From Gekko japonicus (lineage: Eukaryota): a DNA stretch of 64,000 nucleotides. The notes below the pieces were generated by a model. The model had not been told where the DNA came from. It saw only the letters and a program-made list of their open reading frames with translations, and did no database searches. This document shows positions 37,521 to 48,690 of this stretch, piece by piece. Each line of letters begins with the position of its first letter. Positions within the stretch are counted from its first letter, which is position 1. A program made the translations under genes and the position numbers. Location of the stretch: positions 758,549-822,548 of the forward strand of contig NW_015163611.1 of NCBI RefSeq assembly GCF_001447785.1. The letters are read 5' to 3'.

Positions 37521-38532
37521 TACATGACAGAATAGATGAAGTTCTTCTCAATTGTCGCAAATCTTCCACTAGAGCCTTGTATGATGGGAAGTGGACCAAA
37601 TTTCTGCAGTATTTGGCCTCTCTCAAATTGCTTCCTCCCCCGTCTGATTTGAGGTCAATTTTTGGTTTTATTTTGTCTAGAATGGACATGGGACTCAGTT
37701 TCTCTTCTGCGAAAGTTTATCTAGCTGCGGTGTCAGCGCACCATCCATCCATAGATGGCTTTTCAGTTTTTTCTCACCCACAAACAAAGAAGTTCTGTAA
37801 AGGTTTCATACATATGTACCCCCCTCGTCGTGAACCTATTCCGGCTTGGAATTTAGCTTTGGTCCTCACCTTTTTGACTGGTAAGCCCTTTGAACCTTTG
37901 ACCACTTGCAGTTTAAAGTTATTATAGTTGAAAACAGCGTTTTTGGTGGCCATTACCTCCGCTCATAGAGTGAGCGAATTGTCTGCACTTAGATGTGACT
38001 CACCATATCTTAATTTTTCCCCTCAAGGGGTTTTGCTCGTTTTGGACATTTCCTTTTTGCCTAAAGTTGTGTCAGAGTTTCATTTTCATTCTGACATAGT
38101 TCTTCCCACATTTTTTCCGTCTCCCTCCAATGAGGAAGAGCGCAGGCTGCACTCTCTGGATGTTAAGAGAGCGCTCTTATTTTATTTGGGTAGAACCAAG
38201 TCTTTCCGTAAGTCTCCGGCATTGTTCGTATCTCATAGTTTGCCTTCCCAAGGGAAGAAAATTTCCTCACAACGTTTATCCAAGTGGATTGTGGAGGTTA
38301 TCAAACTTCGTTATACTCTGGCATGAAGGCCGCTCCCGGGACAACTTCGGGCTCATTCCATGAGGGCAGTGGCAACATCTACCGCTTTCTTGAGAGGTGT
38401 GTCTTTAGAAGACATCTGCAACGCCACGACTTGGGCTACTCTCCTCACTTTCGTGAAGCATTACTCCCTTGATACATGACTCAGTAGACGTGCGGCAGTG
38501 GGTCGAGCAGTGTTACAGGCAGCGCAGATGTA
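37521..38532 (+). pseudogene. DIRS tyrosine recombinase (in-frame stops)
   Basis: YLAAVSAHH, KPFEPL, KTAFLVAITSAHRVSEL (catalytic R), FLPKV, HSLDVKRAL, AHSMR (HxxR), TW...TFVKHY (catalytic Y). Confidence 0.9.
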
Positions 38533-40339
38533 GGGCCTTGGCCCCTCCTCCAGGTATGTGTTTACTGCTTGTTAGTCTCCCAAGGGTGTGATGCACAGAG
38601 ACCACGAAGAAGATAGACAGGTTGCTTACCTGTAACTGGTGATCTTCGAGTGGTCATCTGTGCATTCACACCACCCGCCCTCCTTCCCCTCTGCTCTCGG
38701 CCCTTCATCTTGTTCTTTGAAGGCTGTTGGGCGGCAGTCAGAAGGAACTGGCGGGATCTGCGTGCCCCTCCTTGATCATGCACAGTGGAGCCCGGCGCAT
38801 GACCTGGGAGTGGGCGCGAAAATCCCTTTGGCTTGCTAACTGTATAACAGGGTCAGCGCAGGCACAGTCTATTCCCAAGGGTGTGAATGCACAGATGACC
38901 ACTCGAAGATCACCAGTTACAGCAACCTGTCTTTATTTTTGTGATTTGAGCATGTATATATTGAAACTTTTGTATGATTTGATTGAGCCTCATGTACAGC
39001 TTCTGATATTTAAAAATATGCTAAGTATGCTGTGGCTTCATCATCCATCTAGCTAACGTGGCTAAATTCATCTACTTCTGAAGGTCCACAGTAGGCAGTT
39101 CACATGCAATGGAAGTGAATAAAAGTGGTGCTCGAAAGTAAATATCCCCAAGAATTATTATTTTTTTAAACAAAAAACAAAAAATGGGAGCTTAGTGCTA
39201 TTTAAGTTTTCATGTCATGCTGTATGTGAGAGAGTTGGATGGGTGCTACAGTGTTGACAGTTAAGTTGCATTTAAAACAACCCTATGCAACAGAGCTGTC
39301 AGCAAAAAACGTATGTGTGCTAGGCAGAACCTTTAACACTTTTTACCCAGTTGAAGGGATGCAAGTCAGCCAGAGGAGACCCTGGGTTAGGAGTTTCAGG
39401 GATACAAAAAGCATGGTTGGCACATTTTCCATTGTCATATCTCACTGTACTAGTTGAGCTGGTTGGAGCCTGGCAAAGTAATTTCTGAAACCTGCTTGCA
39501 AGTTTGAAAATTGCATAAAGTCCTTGTGCCTCCTTTGTATTTTGGAAGCCTAGTTCTTGAAGCACTTCTGTAGCCCTGAATGTACATGCTGATACCCAAG
39601 AGGAAAAACTATGTGCTTTCCCCCTTGTATGACAATATGTAACCATATGTTGTTCAAAGTGGTTCCAGTTCCTGGTTTTCTAAGATCATACCACGTGTAG
39701 ACCCAATTTCACTTTATTCACCATTTTACTGTACGTACCTGCTTACTAGGACTGTGTATCTAGGAAAGAGCTGAAAAGAATAAAAACAAAACATCCCCTC
39801 CATGTGCACGCACGGACACACACACACACTCCATAGTTTGAATTGTGAATGAGATTCTGTTTACAAAATTGGGCTGTTTTGCCTCCCAATGCCCCAGAAA
39901 AGCTGCTGTGGTGAGGCATGGTATTCTCCATAACACTGTGGGATATTGCATGGTGGAGGGTCTATAGTAAAAAGGGGGGGATGCATAAAAATTGGAGGGT
40001 CCACATTGTGGCAAGCACATCCACTTGTGCAAGGGCATCTTGAGGGATCCATGCCACAGTCCAAACAATGTGTGTGGAGACTCTGAAGAAGGGAAGTTTA
40101 CTCTCTTGAACTGTACAGTCTTGAGGTATAACAAGGAGAATGGAAGCTATACAGTATTCATTATACAATAAACTTAATCATTCTTTGGACATTTCTATTC
40201 ATATAAATTAGTTTACATGAAGAGAATCTCTGAATGGAGATAAGGGAGAAAAGACTTCTCAGTTCCATAGTTTTTCAACACAACTTGTTAATGTAATGGG
40301 GGGGGGGCTAAGAATCTTCCAAAATGAAGCAACTCCACA

Positions 40340-40510
40340 AGGCCACACTCCATCTTCCATCTTGGATAGAATCAAAGTTTCCATCTGCCAGGAGCAGGGT
40401 CTTTTTGATAGGTGCTGTCATACCCTGGAACTCTCCTCCTCATGGTGCTCTTCTAGCTCATTTTGGAGGCCAATTAAGATCAGGCTTTTCTACCGACCAT
40501 TCCTGAAGTG
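40340..40510 (+). mobile_element. Old L2 ORF2 3' remnant
   Basis: RSRVF..AVIPWNSP resembles the L2 C-terminal 'RAFS.AAP.LWN.LP' motif. Confidence 0.45.
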
Positions 40511-42572
40511 AGGCAGTGTGACAGACAAGCTAGGTTCCACCTCTCCCTAAGACCAACCAATGAGAGCAGATGGATTGTTGAGAATCAGGTTGGGAAAAGA
40601 GCAGTTGAAAATGACAGGAGTTAGTAGTAGAGGAGTTGGCAGTTTAGGAGCTGAGGAGAGGATGTCTGGCACAGTCGAACTGTGCAGATGAGCTGTTTAG
40701 AGCAGGCTGAAAATAGAAAATTTGCAATTAAAAAATCCCAAACGCAGGAATAGGACCTCAGTTCAAAAGTTCAGTGGAAGTGAAACATTGTTACTTATAT
40801 CTTATTTTTCTCAGTGTTTTGTTCATATCACAAGTAAAAGTTTAACCCTGTGGGCTGTGGGTCTACGGGAAAGAATCACACACAAACACAATTTCATATC
40901 TCTCATAATATATACATATATTATATGACTAGGAGTAAGGCCCATTGTGGGAAGAGATACAGCGAGCTCTAGAAGGAAGCTCCAGGTTACTGTCCCGGCT
41001 GTGGTTGGTGGGGCAGCAGAGGGAAGGGGAAAATAGAGGGAGGCAAGCTATGTTTATTTTCTTCTGCTTAGCTATAAGGCAGAGCTGTCTCAAGTCATTT
41101 TGCTGCCCCAAGTGGGTAGTATGGGAGGACAGCCTCATGGTAGCAAGTATGGTTCCCTCCACCCCTGACTTATGTTGATTTTGGGTTATGCAGTGGCAGC
41201 TAAGGTAGAAAAGCACCTCCTCCTGTGCCATGTCTTCTGCGTTCCAAGGGTCTGGAAAGCGGTTCCATGGCCAGTTACAGGGTTGCCAACTCTGGGTTGG
41301 GAAATACCTGTAGATTTGCGGGGCAGAGCCTGGGGAGGGCAGGGTTTGGGGTGTAGAGGGACCTCAGCAGGGTATAATTCCATAGACTCCATTGCCCAAA
41401 TCAGCCATTTTCTCCAGGAGAACTGATCTTGGAGATCTCCAGGTGCTGCCTGAAGGCTGGCAATACTAAGGGGAGGGCCAGACCTGTAGATTTGTGGGGT
41501 AGAGCCTGGGGAGGGCAGGGTTTGGAGTGCGGAGGGACTTCAGCAGGGTATAATGCCATAGAGTCTGCTGCCCAAAGCAACCATTGTAATAGCTGGGAAA
41601 TTTTCGGTAGGGGAAATGATGTGCTGTGGCTGGGGAACACGGTGATTTCTGGGAGATCTCCAGGCCCCACAGGGAGATTTGCAACTCCAGTGACCATTTA
41701 AGGGAAGATTGGAATATGTATTTTGGCAACTCCAGTGACCCTTTAAGGGAAAATTGGGATATGTATTTTACCTCAGGACACATTCAATTACTCCCAACAG
41801 CAATCACAAACTGTTTAGAATGTTAGAGGCAAAGGCCAATCAGGCCAAATATGCAAATAACCTCTGTGTTCCAACTGGCTATTGGGGGGAGAGGATCAGG
41901 AGGCGAGACTCAGGCAACTCAGCCAGTGGATAGGAACAGCTTCTGAGTGACAGATCAGGGATCCAACTGATTTGGGAGCGTGTGGAATGTTCAGGAGAGT
42001 CCATGACCAAAACAGAATTATTATATAGAGAGTTATGAGTGAATGGTGGCAGCAAGCGTGGCAGCGGCGCAACTCAGCAAATGAACTCAGAAGGCCACAG
42101 CAGCAGCAGGGCTTGGAGGAAGCAGTAGGTATTTAAGGAAACTGTGGTCTCTTTAAATGCCTACTGCCTTCTCCATGCATGGCAGCAGCATGACTAAGCA
42201 AGTGAAAGAAGTCATATGCCTTCTGAGTTCACTTGCTGAGTTGCACCACTGCTGTGGGGCTTGAAACAGTAGGCATTTAAAGAGACTGCTACCTCCAAGC
42301 CCTGTTGCTGCCGTGGCAGCTGCGCAACTAATTGGATCAGTGTTTGAGCCCCAGCCCCAATAGCTCTGTGTGAGTGAGGGCAGATGATTAAAGGGGGCTT
42401 GGCTACCCTTTCTGTGGATGTCTCTGGGAGTGAGAGAGAGGAGTCTGAAATGATCACAGCTGTCTGTATATTTTAAAAGAGACAAGAAGGGGTGACTAAT
42501 GTGATGTCCTGATCTACGTATAACCCATAACTTGAGAGAATGGTTGAGGACGGTGGTAGGCAAAGTGGAAAG

Positions 42573-42825
42573 AATAAGAAGAGATTGGATTTATTCCCCG
42601 TCCTTCACTACCCAAAGGAGTCTCAGAGCTTTTTACAATCCCCTTCCCTTCCCCTCCCTACAACAGACACCCTGTGAGGTAGGTGGTGCTGAGAGAGCTT
42701 TTGAGAACTGACTGTGAGAGAACAGCTCTGAAAGAACTTGTGACTGACCCAAGGTCACACCAGCAGCTGCATGTGGAGGCATGGGGAATCAAAGTCGGCA
42801 CTCCTAACCACTACACCAAACTGAA
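42573..42825 (-). mobile_element. Squam3-like tRNA/CORE SINE
   Basis: Reverse complement of the 26615 copy, with a deletion in the head. Confidence 0.8.
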
Positions 42826-43622
42826 AGGGGCATTACAGGCTGTAAGATCTACATTATTTCAGTGCTGTATATTTTTCAGTGCTTTTACTTTTGCTTGTGA
42901 CTTTGCACAGTGTTTTAATGCTGATTGTATGGTTGACCTGAACATTTTGCTGTGGGATGGTCTGAATGCATTTGGAGGGCCCCTGTTTTTTAATGTTCAA
43001 GAAATTATGCAAAGCACAGTTATCCAGAAGGGCTTCTGGTAAGTAGATACTTTTTTGCTGTGCTGTGGGTGTGGTCTGTGTTTAATGATATATTTTTTTT
43101 ACTTCTGCTGTTGTCTGTGATTGCTTTCAGCTATTATGGTTAGCTGCCTTGAATCCCTAATCAGAGAAAAGTGGACTAAAATGTTTTAAATAAATAAAAA
43201 TAAACACTACAACAACTAACTTTTGATACCTTTTCAAAATTTTCTTCCCCCACAAGACTGTCAGACTGGCAATGATGCTCTTCCTAGTGTTGTGTTGGAT
43301 CCACTAGCTTTTCTGTTTCTGAAACAGGGAGGAGGGGGTACCCTTTGATCACTGAAAAAGGGCTATGCTGAGGATCAGGGGACTACCATGGAGGATGAAG
43401 CTGTGGCAAGAAGGGTAACAGGGCAAGATTGAGTTAAAAAGCTGGCTGGGTCCAACCTTTTGTGTGGAAAGAACAAACACAAGAAAATGCATGTGCTAAA
43501 AATGAAGAGCTAAAAAGCTGTTAAGGTCTTTGAACATAGGTTTGAAAACAGTGCTAAGAGATTCCAAGTGGGCTGGAATCAGCATTAAGAACACTGTGTA
43601 CTTCCAGGTGAACCAAATAAAA

Positions 43623-44176
43623 TTTGTTGTGAATTGGATTAGATGTTTATTCAGATCCCATATGTGGCCGTGCTAATCTTCTTTTAGCCTGTATTTTTGT
43701 CTTACTTAAAAATTAATGACAGATCGGAAAGTTTAGGAATATCCAAGAGGAAATAGTTGTTTTTAATATGTTTGCTTTTTGTTGTTGGATGGTCAGGGTT
43801 TTTTTTGTTAAGAACTGCAATAGCTAGTTCCTATTCTTGGTGTTCATTTACTGTTTTGTAGCCAGTACATGAAATTCAGGCTGTGGAGTCTCAGAACTGT
43901 TTGTTGTGAACTGGGTTAAATGTTTATTCAGATCCCATATGTGGCTGTGCTAATCTTCTTTTAGCCTGTGTTTTTGTCTTACTTAAAAATTAATGACAGA
44001 TCGGAAAGTTTAGGAATATCCAAGAGGAAATAGTTGTTTTTAATATGTTTGCTTTTTGTTGTTGGAGGTTAGGGGGTTTTTTTGTTAAGAACCGCAATAG
44101 CTAGTTCCTATTCTTGGTGTTCATTTACTGTTTTGTAGCCAGTACATGAAATTCAGGCTGTGGAGTCTCAGAACTG
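43623..44176. repeat. 277-bp tandem duplication
   Basis: 43623-43899 and 43900-44176 are near-identical with only a handful of substitutions. Confidence 0.95.
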
Positions 44177-44639
44177 GGTCTTTGGCACTTAAAGTTAAAG
44201 AACAGTAGAAGGAAAATTGAGAGCTCTAGAAATATATAGAGCAGGGATCGCCAGCCTATTCATTAATGACAGCTACTTCTGAGTAATGAAAAATATCCCA
44301 AGCTTCTCCGCTACCCTCAGTATATAATCCAAGAGTTCCTGATGATTCCTAGAGCTACCTGAAAGTGATAAGAGTAGCTCTAGCAACTGCCAGAAACTCT
44401 ATGGTAATCTTAAAATAGAGTTTCTGGCAGTTGCTAGAACTATCCTGGAATCACCAGGAACTCTATGGTTAGATCTTCCAGTAAGTAGCCACGGTCTGAT
44501 TTTTCTTATTTTTCTTTGTACTTTTTCTCCCAACACTTTGCTCCCCCATGACCTTCCCTGTAAGAACAGTTACTAAACTGTTACTAAGAATTTGCTCATC
44601 ATCAGTCTCAATGTCCACCTGCAGTGACAGAATCATGGA

Positions 44640-45093
44640 GCGTGATCACACGCACAATTAGCCGCACCATAGATGCGAATGCCAAATGGTTTTAAAGGGC
44701 ACAATCAGACATGAACATCTGGGAAGTGCCCCACACCCGTCGGCAACCCGTTTTGCTCCACCACAGAAGCAAAGTAAAAAGACACCAGGGAAAGTCCGGT
44801 AGCAAACCCATGGATGGACTTTCCCCTGTCTGATAGTTCCAGCGCACTCTCATGGTGTCGGGATGGACTGATCAGGCCATCCCAACTTCGTGCTGTTGTT
44901 CCCCCCCCCTTCTCAGTATGCGCATCATCACACACTCCATAGGGAGCCCTCAGTGCAGCGATGCAATTCAGCGATTCCCCGTTTAAGCGCATCGGGAGCA
45001 AATGGCAAAAAAAACACCTGACTCACCCACGGTTGCGTCTGATCACACAGTGGTGGGCTGCCCCTGCAGCTTCAAAGGACTGTGTGATCGCAC
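44640..45093. mobile_element. Probable non-autonomous DNA transposon (Harbinger-like)
   Basis: Imperfect TIRs GCGTGATCACAC / GTGTGATCGCAC around a CpG-rich body. Confidence 0.4.
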
Positions 45094-45779
45094 AACTGTG
45101 GTTCAAATTCCTCCGGAGGAAATAGCCTCGCTCCCCCCCCCGCATTATCTCACGCATCTGACGGCCACCACAAAATGTTTATAGACATATACATATCCTT
45201 GTCAGAAAAAGTGAGTACTTTACTTCTATCATGGTGGAATCCAGGTTCTTTGATAGAGTGATTGGTGGGATACAAGATATGAAAGATTGAGAACCACTGT
45301 ATGAAGTACACTTTAGCAGCTGACAAGCTACCAGTAGGTCATAAGCTACCAGTGGGTCATAAGCTACTCTGCACCCCAGAAAATTCTACCTTTTGTATAA
45401 AGCAGGAATAATATGTAGGATTTCCAATGCAGTCAAACCCACTCCTGCCACATGGGAGCTTCTTCCACAGCAGCAGCCGTGAGGTACCCGGCCCAGGATA
45501 TTGGGTTAGGGAGATGGTGTTCCTTGGCATACGAGTCTTACGTGCACCCTTGTCGGGACACTGAAGGGACACGGGGGTTGCCTTGCTGGGGAGGTGAACT
45601 TGTTCCCTGCTCACTGTTTTTTGTTATTATTAAATGTTCTTAGCTCACAATCTGCTCACCGTCTTCATTTTGGGTTGTTCTTGAAGGAATTGATGACCTT
45701 TAGGTTGTTAATGAACGTTCCAGGAATCCGGGCCCTCTCTCATTCAGTTGTTGATTGTTAGCTATTGATGATGGTGGCA

Positions 45780-48690
45780 GTCCCTGAAAGCCTGGTGGAA
45801 GAGCTCTGTTTTACATGCTCTGTGGAACTATAAAAGGTCCTGCAGGGCCCTGATCTCCTCCGGGAGCTCATTCCACCATATCAAGGCAACCAACGAGAAA
45901 GCCCTGGTCCTGGTTATCGACAGCCTAGCCTCTTTCAAACCCAGGAGGGCCAGCCGGTTTTGCACCCCTGATCGTAGTGCTCTCTGGGGAACATGTGGGG
46001 AAAGGCAGTCCCTCAGGTATGTAGGTCCATGACCATATAGTGCTTTAAAGGTAAGAACCAGCACCTTGAAATGAATCTGGTATGCTATTGGCATCCAGAG
46101 CAGTGTCTTACGCACAGGCTGTATGTGTTCCCGTATAAAGAGCCCCATCAGGAGCCTGACCACGGCATTCTGCACCAGCTGCAGGTTCCAGATTTGGGAC
46201 AAGGGCAGCCCCATGTAGAGAGCATTACAGTAGTCCAATCTCAAGGTGACCGTTGCATGGATCACTGTAGCCAGGTCACAGTGGTCGAGGAAGGGAACCA
46301 ACTGCCGACCCAGCCGAAGATGATAGAAGGCCAATTTTGCAGTGGCCACTACTTGTGCCTCCATTGTCAGGGAGGAATCCAGGAGCACTCCCAGACTCCT
46401 AACCTCCGGTGCCGGCACCAGCGATGCCCCATCGAAAGTCGGGAGTGGGACCCACAACCCCTTACCACCACGACTCAGGTACAGGACCTCCATCTTCGCT
46501 GGGTTTAGCCTCAACTGGGTCAGCCTAAGCCAACCAGCCACGGCCTGCAACACCCGGTCCAGATCTTCCAGTCTGGAGTCCGACTGGCTGCCCAACGTGT
46601 CATCCGCATACTGGTGACAACCCAGCCCATACCTCCGAGCCACCTGGGCAAGGGGGTGCATATAGATGTTAAACAACGTTGGGGAGAACACAGAGCCCTG
46701 AGGTACCCCACACTCAAGTGGACGTCTCCCAGACCGCTGTTGCTCTAGCACCACCCTTTGTCCCTGGCCCTGGAGAAAAGAGACAATCCACTGTAAGACT
46801 AGCCCCTGTATCTCCACGTTGGCAAGGCAGTGGGCCAGCAGCTGATGATCGACCATGTTGAACGTAGCTGACAGGTCAAGCAACAGGAGCGCCACCGAAC
46901 CGCCCTGATCCAGGTGCCTTCGGAGGTCGTCAGTAAGAGCGACCAGCGCCGTCTCCGTCCCGTGTCCCTGGCGAAAGTCAGACTGGAAGGGATCTAGAAC
47001 AGAAGCGTCATCCAAAAAGCCCTGAAGCTGTGCTGCCGCCACCCTCTCAATTAATTTGCCCAAATAGGGCAAATTGGGAACAGGCCAATAGTTGGCCAGT
47101 TCGGCCGGATCCAGTGATGGTTTTTTCAAGAGAGTGTGGACCATCACTTCCTTGAGGGCCCCCAGAAACTGTCCGTCCGAGAGGGACTGATTGATAATCT
47201 CCCTGAGGGCACCTCGAAACCCCTCGTGGCCCAGTTTAATGAGCCAGGAAGGGCACAGATCAAGGTCGCACGAGGTTGGGCATACAGTCACGAGCAATCT
47301 GTCAACTTCCTCAAGGCTGAGCTGGTCGAAATCATCCAAACCAGACGCAGACGTGCAAGGGGCCTCGAGTTCCCTCACTGTTTCAAGTGTGGCGGGGAGG
47401 TCACGACGGAGTGTCAAGACTTTATCCACAAAATAGCTTGCAAATGCCTCACAGCCGATCTCCAATTCCCTAGCATTTGGCTTGCCCTGAGGCAAGACTG
47501 TTAATGACCAAATCGTTCTAAATAATTGGGCTGGGCATGAGCTGGCGGATGCGATCTCAGCTGCATAGAACTCTCTCTTAGCAGCCTTGACCGCCATCTC
47601 ATAGGATCTCATAAACATCCTATAAGATGCTCTTGTAGCTTCGTCACGAACACACCGCCACTGTCTCTCTAGCCGTCTTAGCTCCCGCTTCCTATCCCTC
47701 AGCTCCTGGGTATAACAAGGAGCGAGTTTGGAGTGGGGGTGCAGAGGGCGCCGGGGAGCGATCTCGTCGATGGCTGTAAAGAGTGGGCTATCACAGTCCT
47801 CCACAAACTCATCCAACGAGCCGCCAGGGGGCATCAGATCCCGCAGGGCCCTCTGGAGCCGCCTAGGGTCCATTAGGCTCTGCGGGCAAGCCAAAATATG
47901 CTCACCACCTAAACAGGGTTGGGGAGGGACATTCAGATGGGCCTTCAGGGCATGGTGGTCCAACCATGGCATTGCCGAAGCAGTAATCCAGACCACTGTT
48001 ACCCCAGCCGCGAAGATCAAATCGAGCGTGTATCCAGCCTGGTGAGTGGGGGTTGTTACAAATTGGGAGAGTCCCAGCGCCACCATGGACGACACCAGGT
48101 CTGCTGCCTACATGGAGGTCGCTTCATCGGCATGGACGTTGAAGTCGCCCAAGACAATAAGCCTAGGGTGCTCCAGTGCCCAGCCTGATACAGCTTCCAT
48201 CAGGGACGGTAGGCTATTGGCCGGTGTGTTAGGCAATCGGTACACCAGCCAAATCGCCACACTCTCCCCAGCTTCCCACACCAGGCCAACACACTCAGTG
48301 CCCATGATCTCTAACGGCAGGAGCGCCCTAAAGGAGTAAGCCTCCCGAATGAACATCGCCCCTCCGCCCCCCCCCCGCACCTTAGTCCGGGATTGGTGAA
48401 GGACCAAGAACCCGGGAGGGGCAAGCTGGGAGAGAGTTACGGTCTCCCCTTCCCTCACCCAGGTCTCGGTCACACAAGTCAGGTCTAGGCTCTGCTCCAA
48501 CAGGAAGTCCCGAAGGACCATGGTCTTATTATTAATAGACCTGGCATTGCACAGAACCAATGTCAGAGAGGGGTTATCCATCCTAGCCCCACCGCTGGCC
48601 ACCTTCGGGATGGGTCGTAGGCTGGAAGGGCACTGAGCCCGTTTATTTCTCCGTGTCCTTCCTTTAACTCTCTGCCTCGACCCACCGCTG
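45780..48690 (-). mobile_element. L2-clade LINE with near-complete ORF2 (APE endonuclease + RT)
   Basis: CNARS, VTETW, GGG, VYR.P, LGDFNVH, then PFQS.FR..HGTETAL, LLDLSA.F, GVPQGSV.SP.LFNIY, QYADD and RLDYCNALY. ORFs 48108-48602 and 45828-48095 are in the same frame, separated by one stop. Confidence 0.95.

Larger units (their letters stand above)
35434..38932 (+). mobile_element. DIRS1-type tyrosine-recombinase retrotransposon, internally deleted
   Basis: Left ITR about 35434-35615, right ITR about 38730-38932, ICR 38578-38672. Contains gag zinc finger, RT, RNase H, MT-like and YR domains. No TSD. Confidence 0.95.

Noticed and set aside
46071-48339. Several plus-strand ORFs
   Set aside because: Antisense shadows of the GC-rich L2 ORF2.
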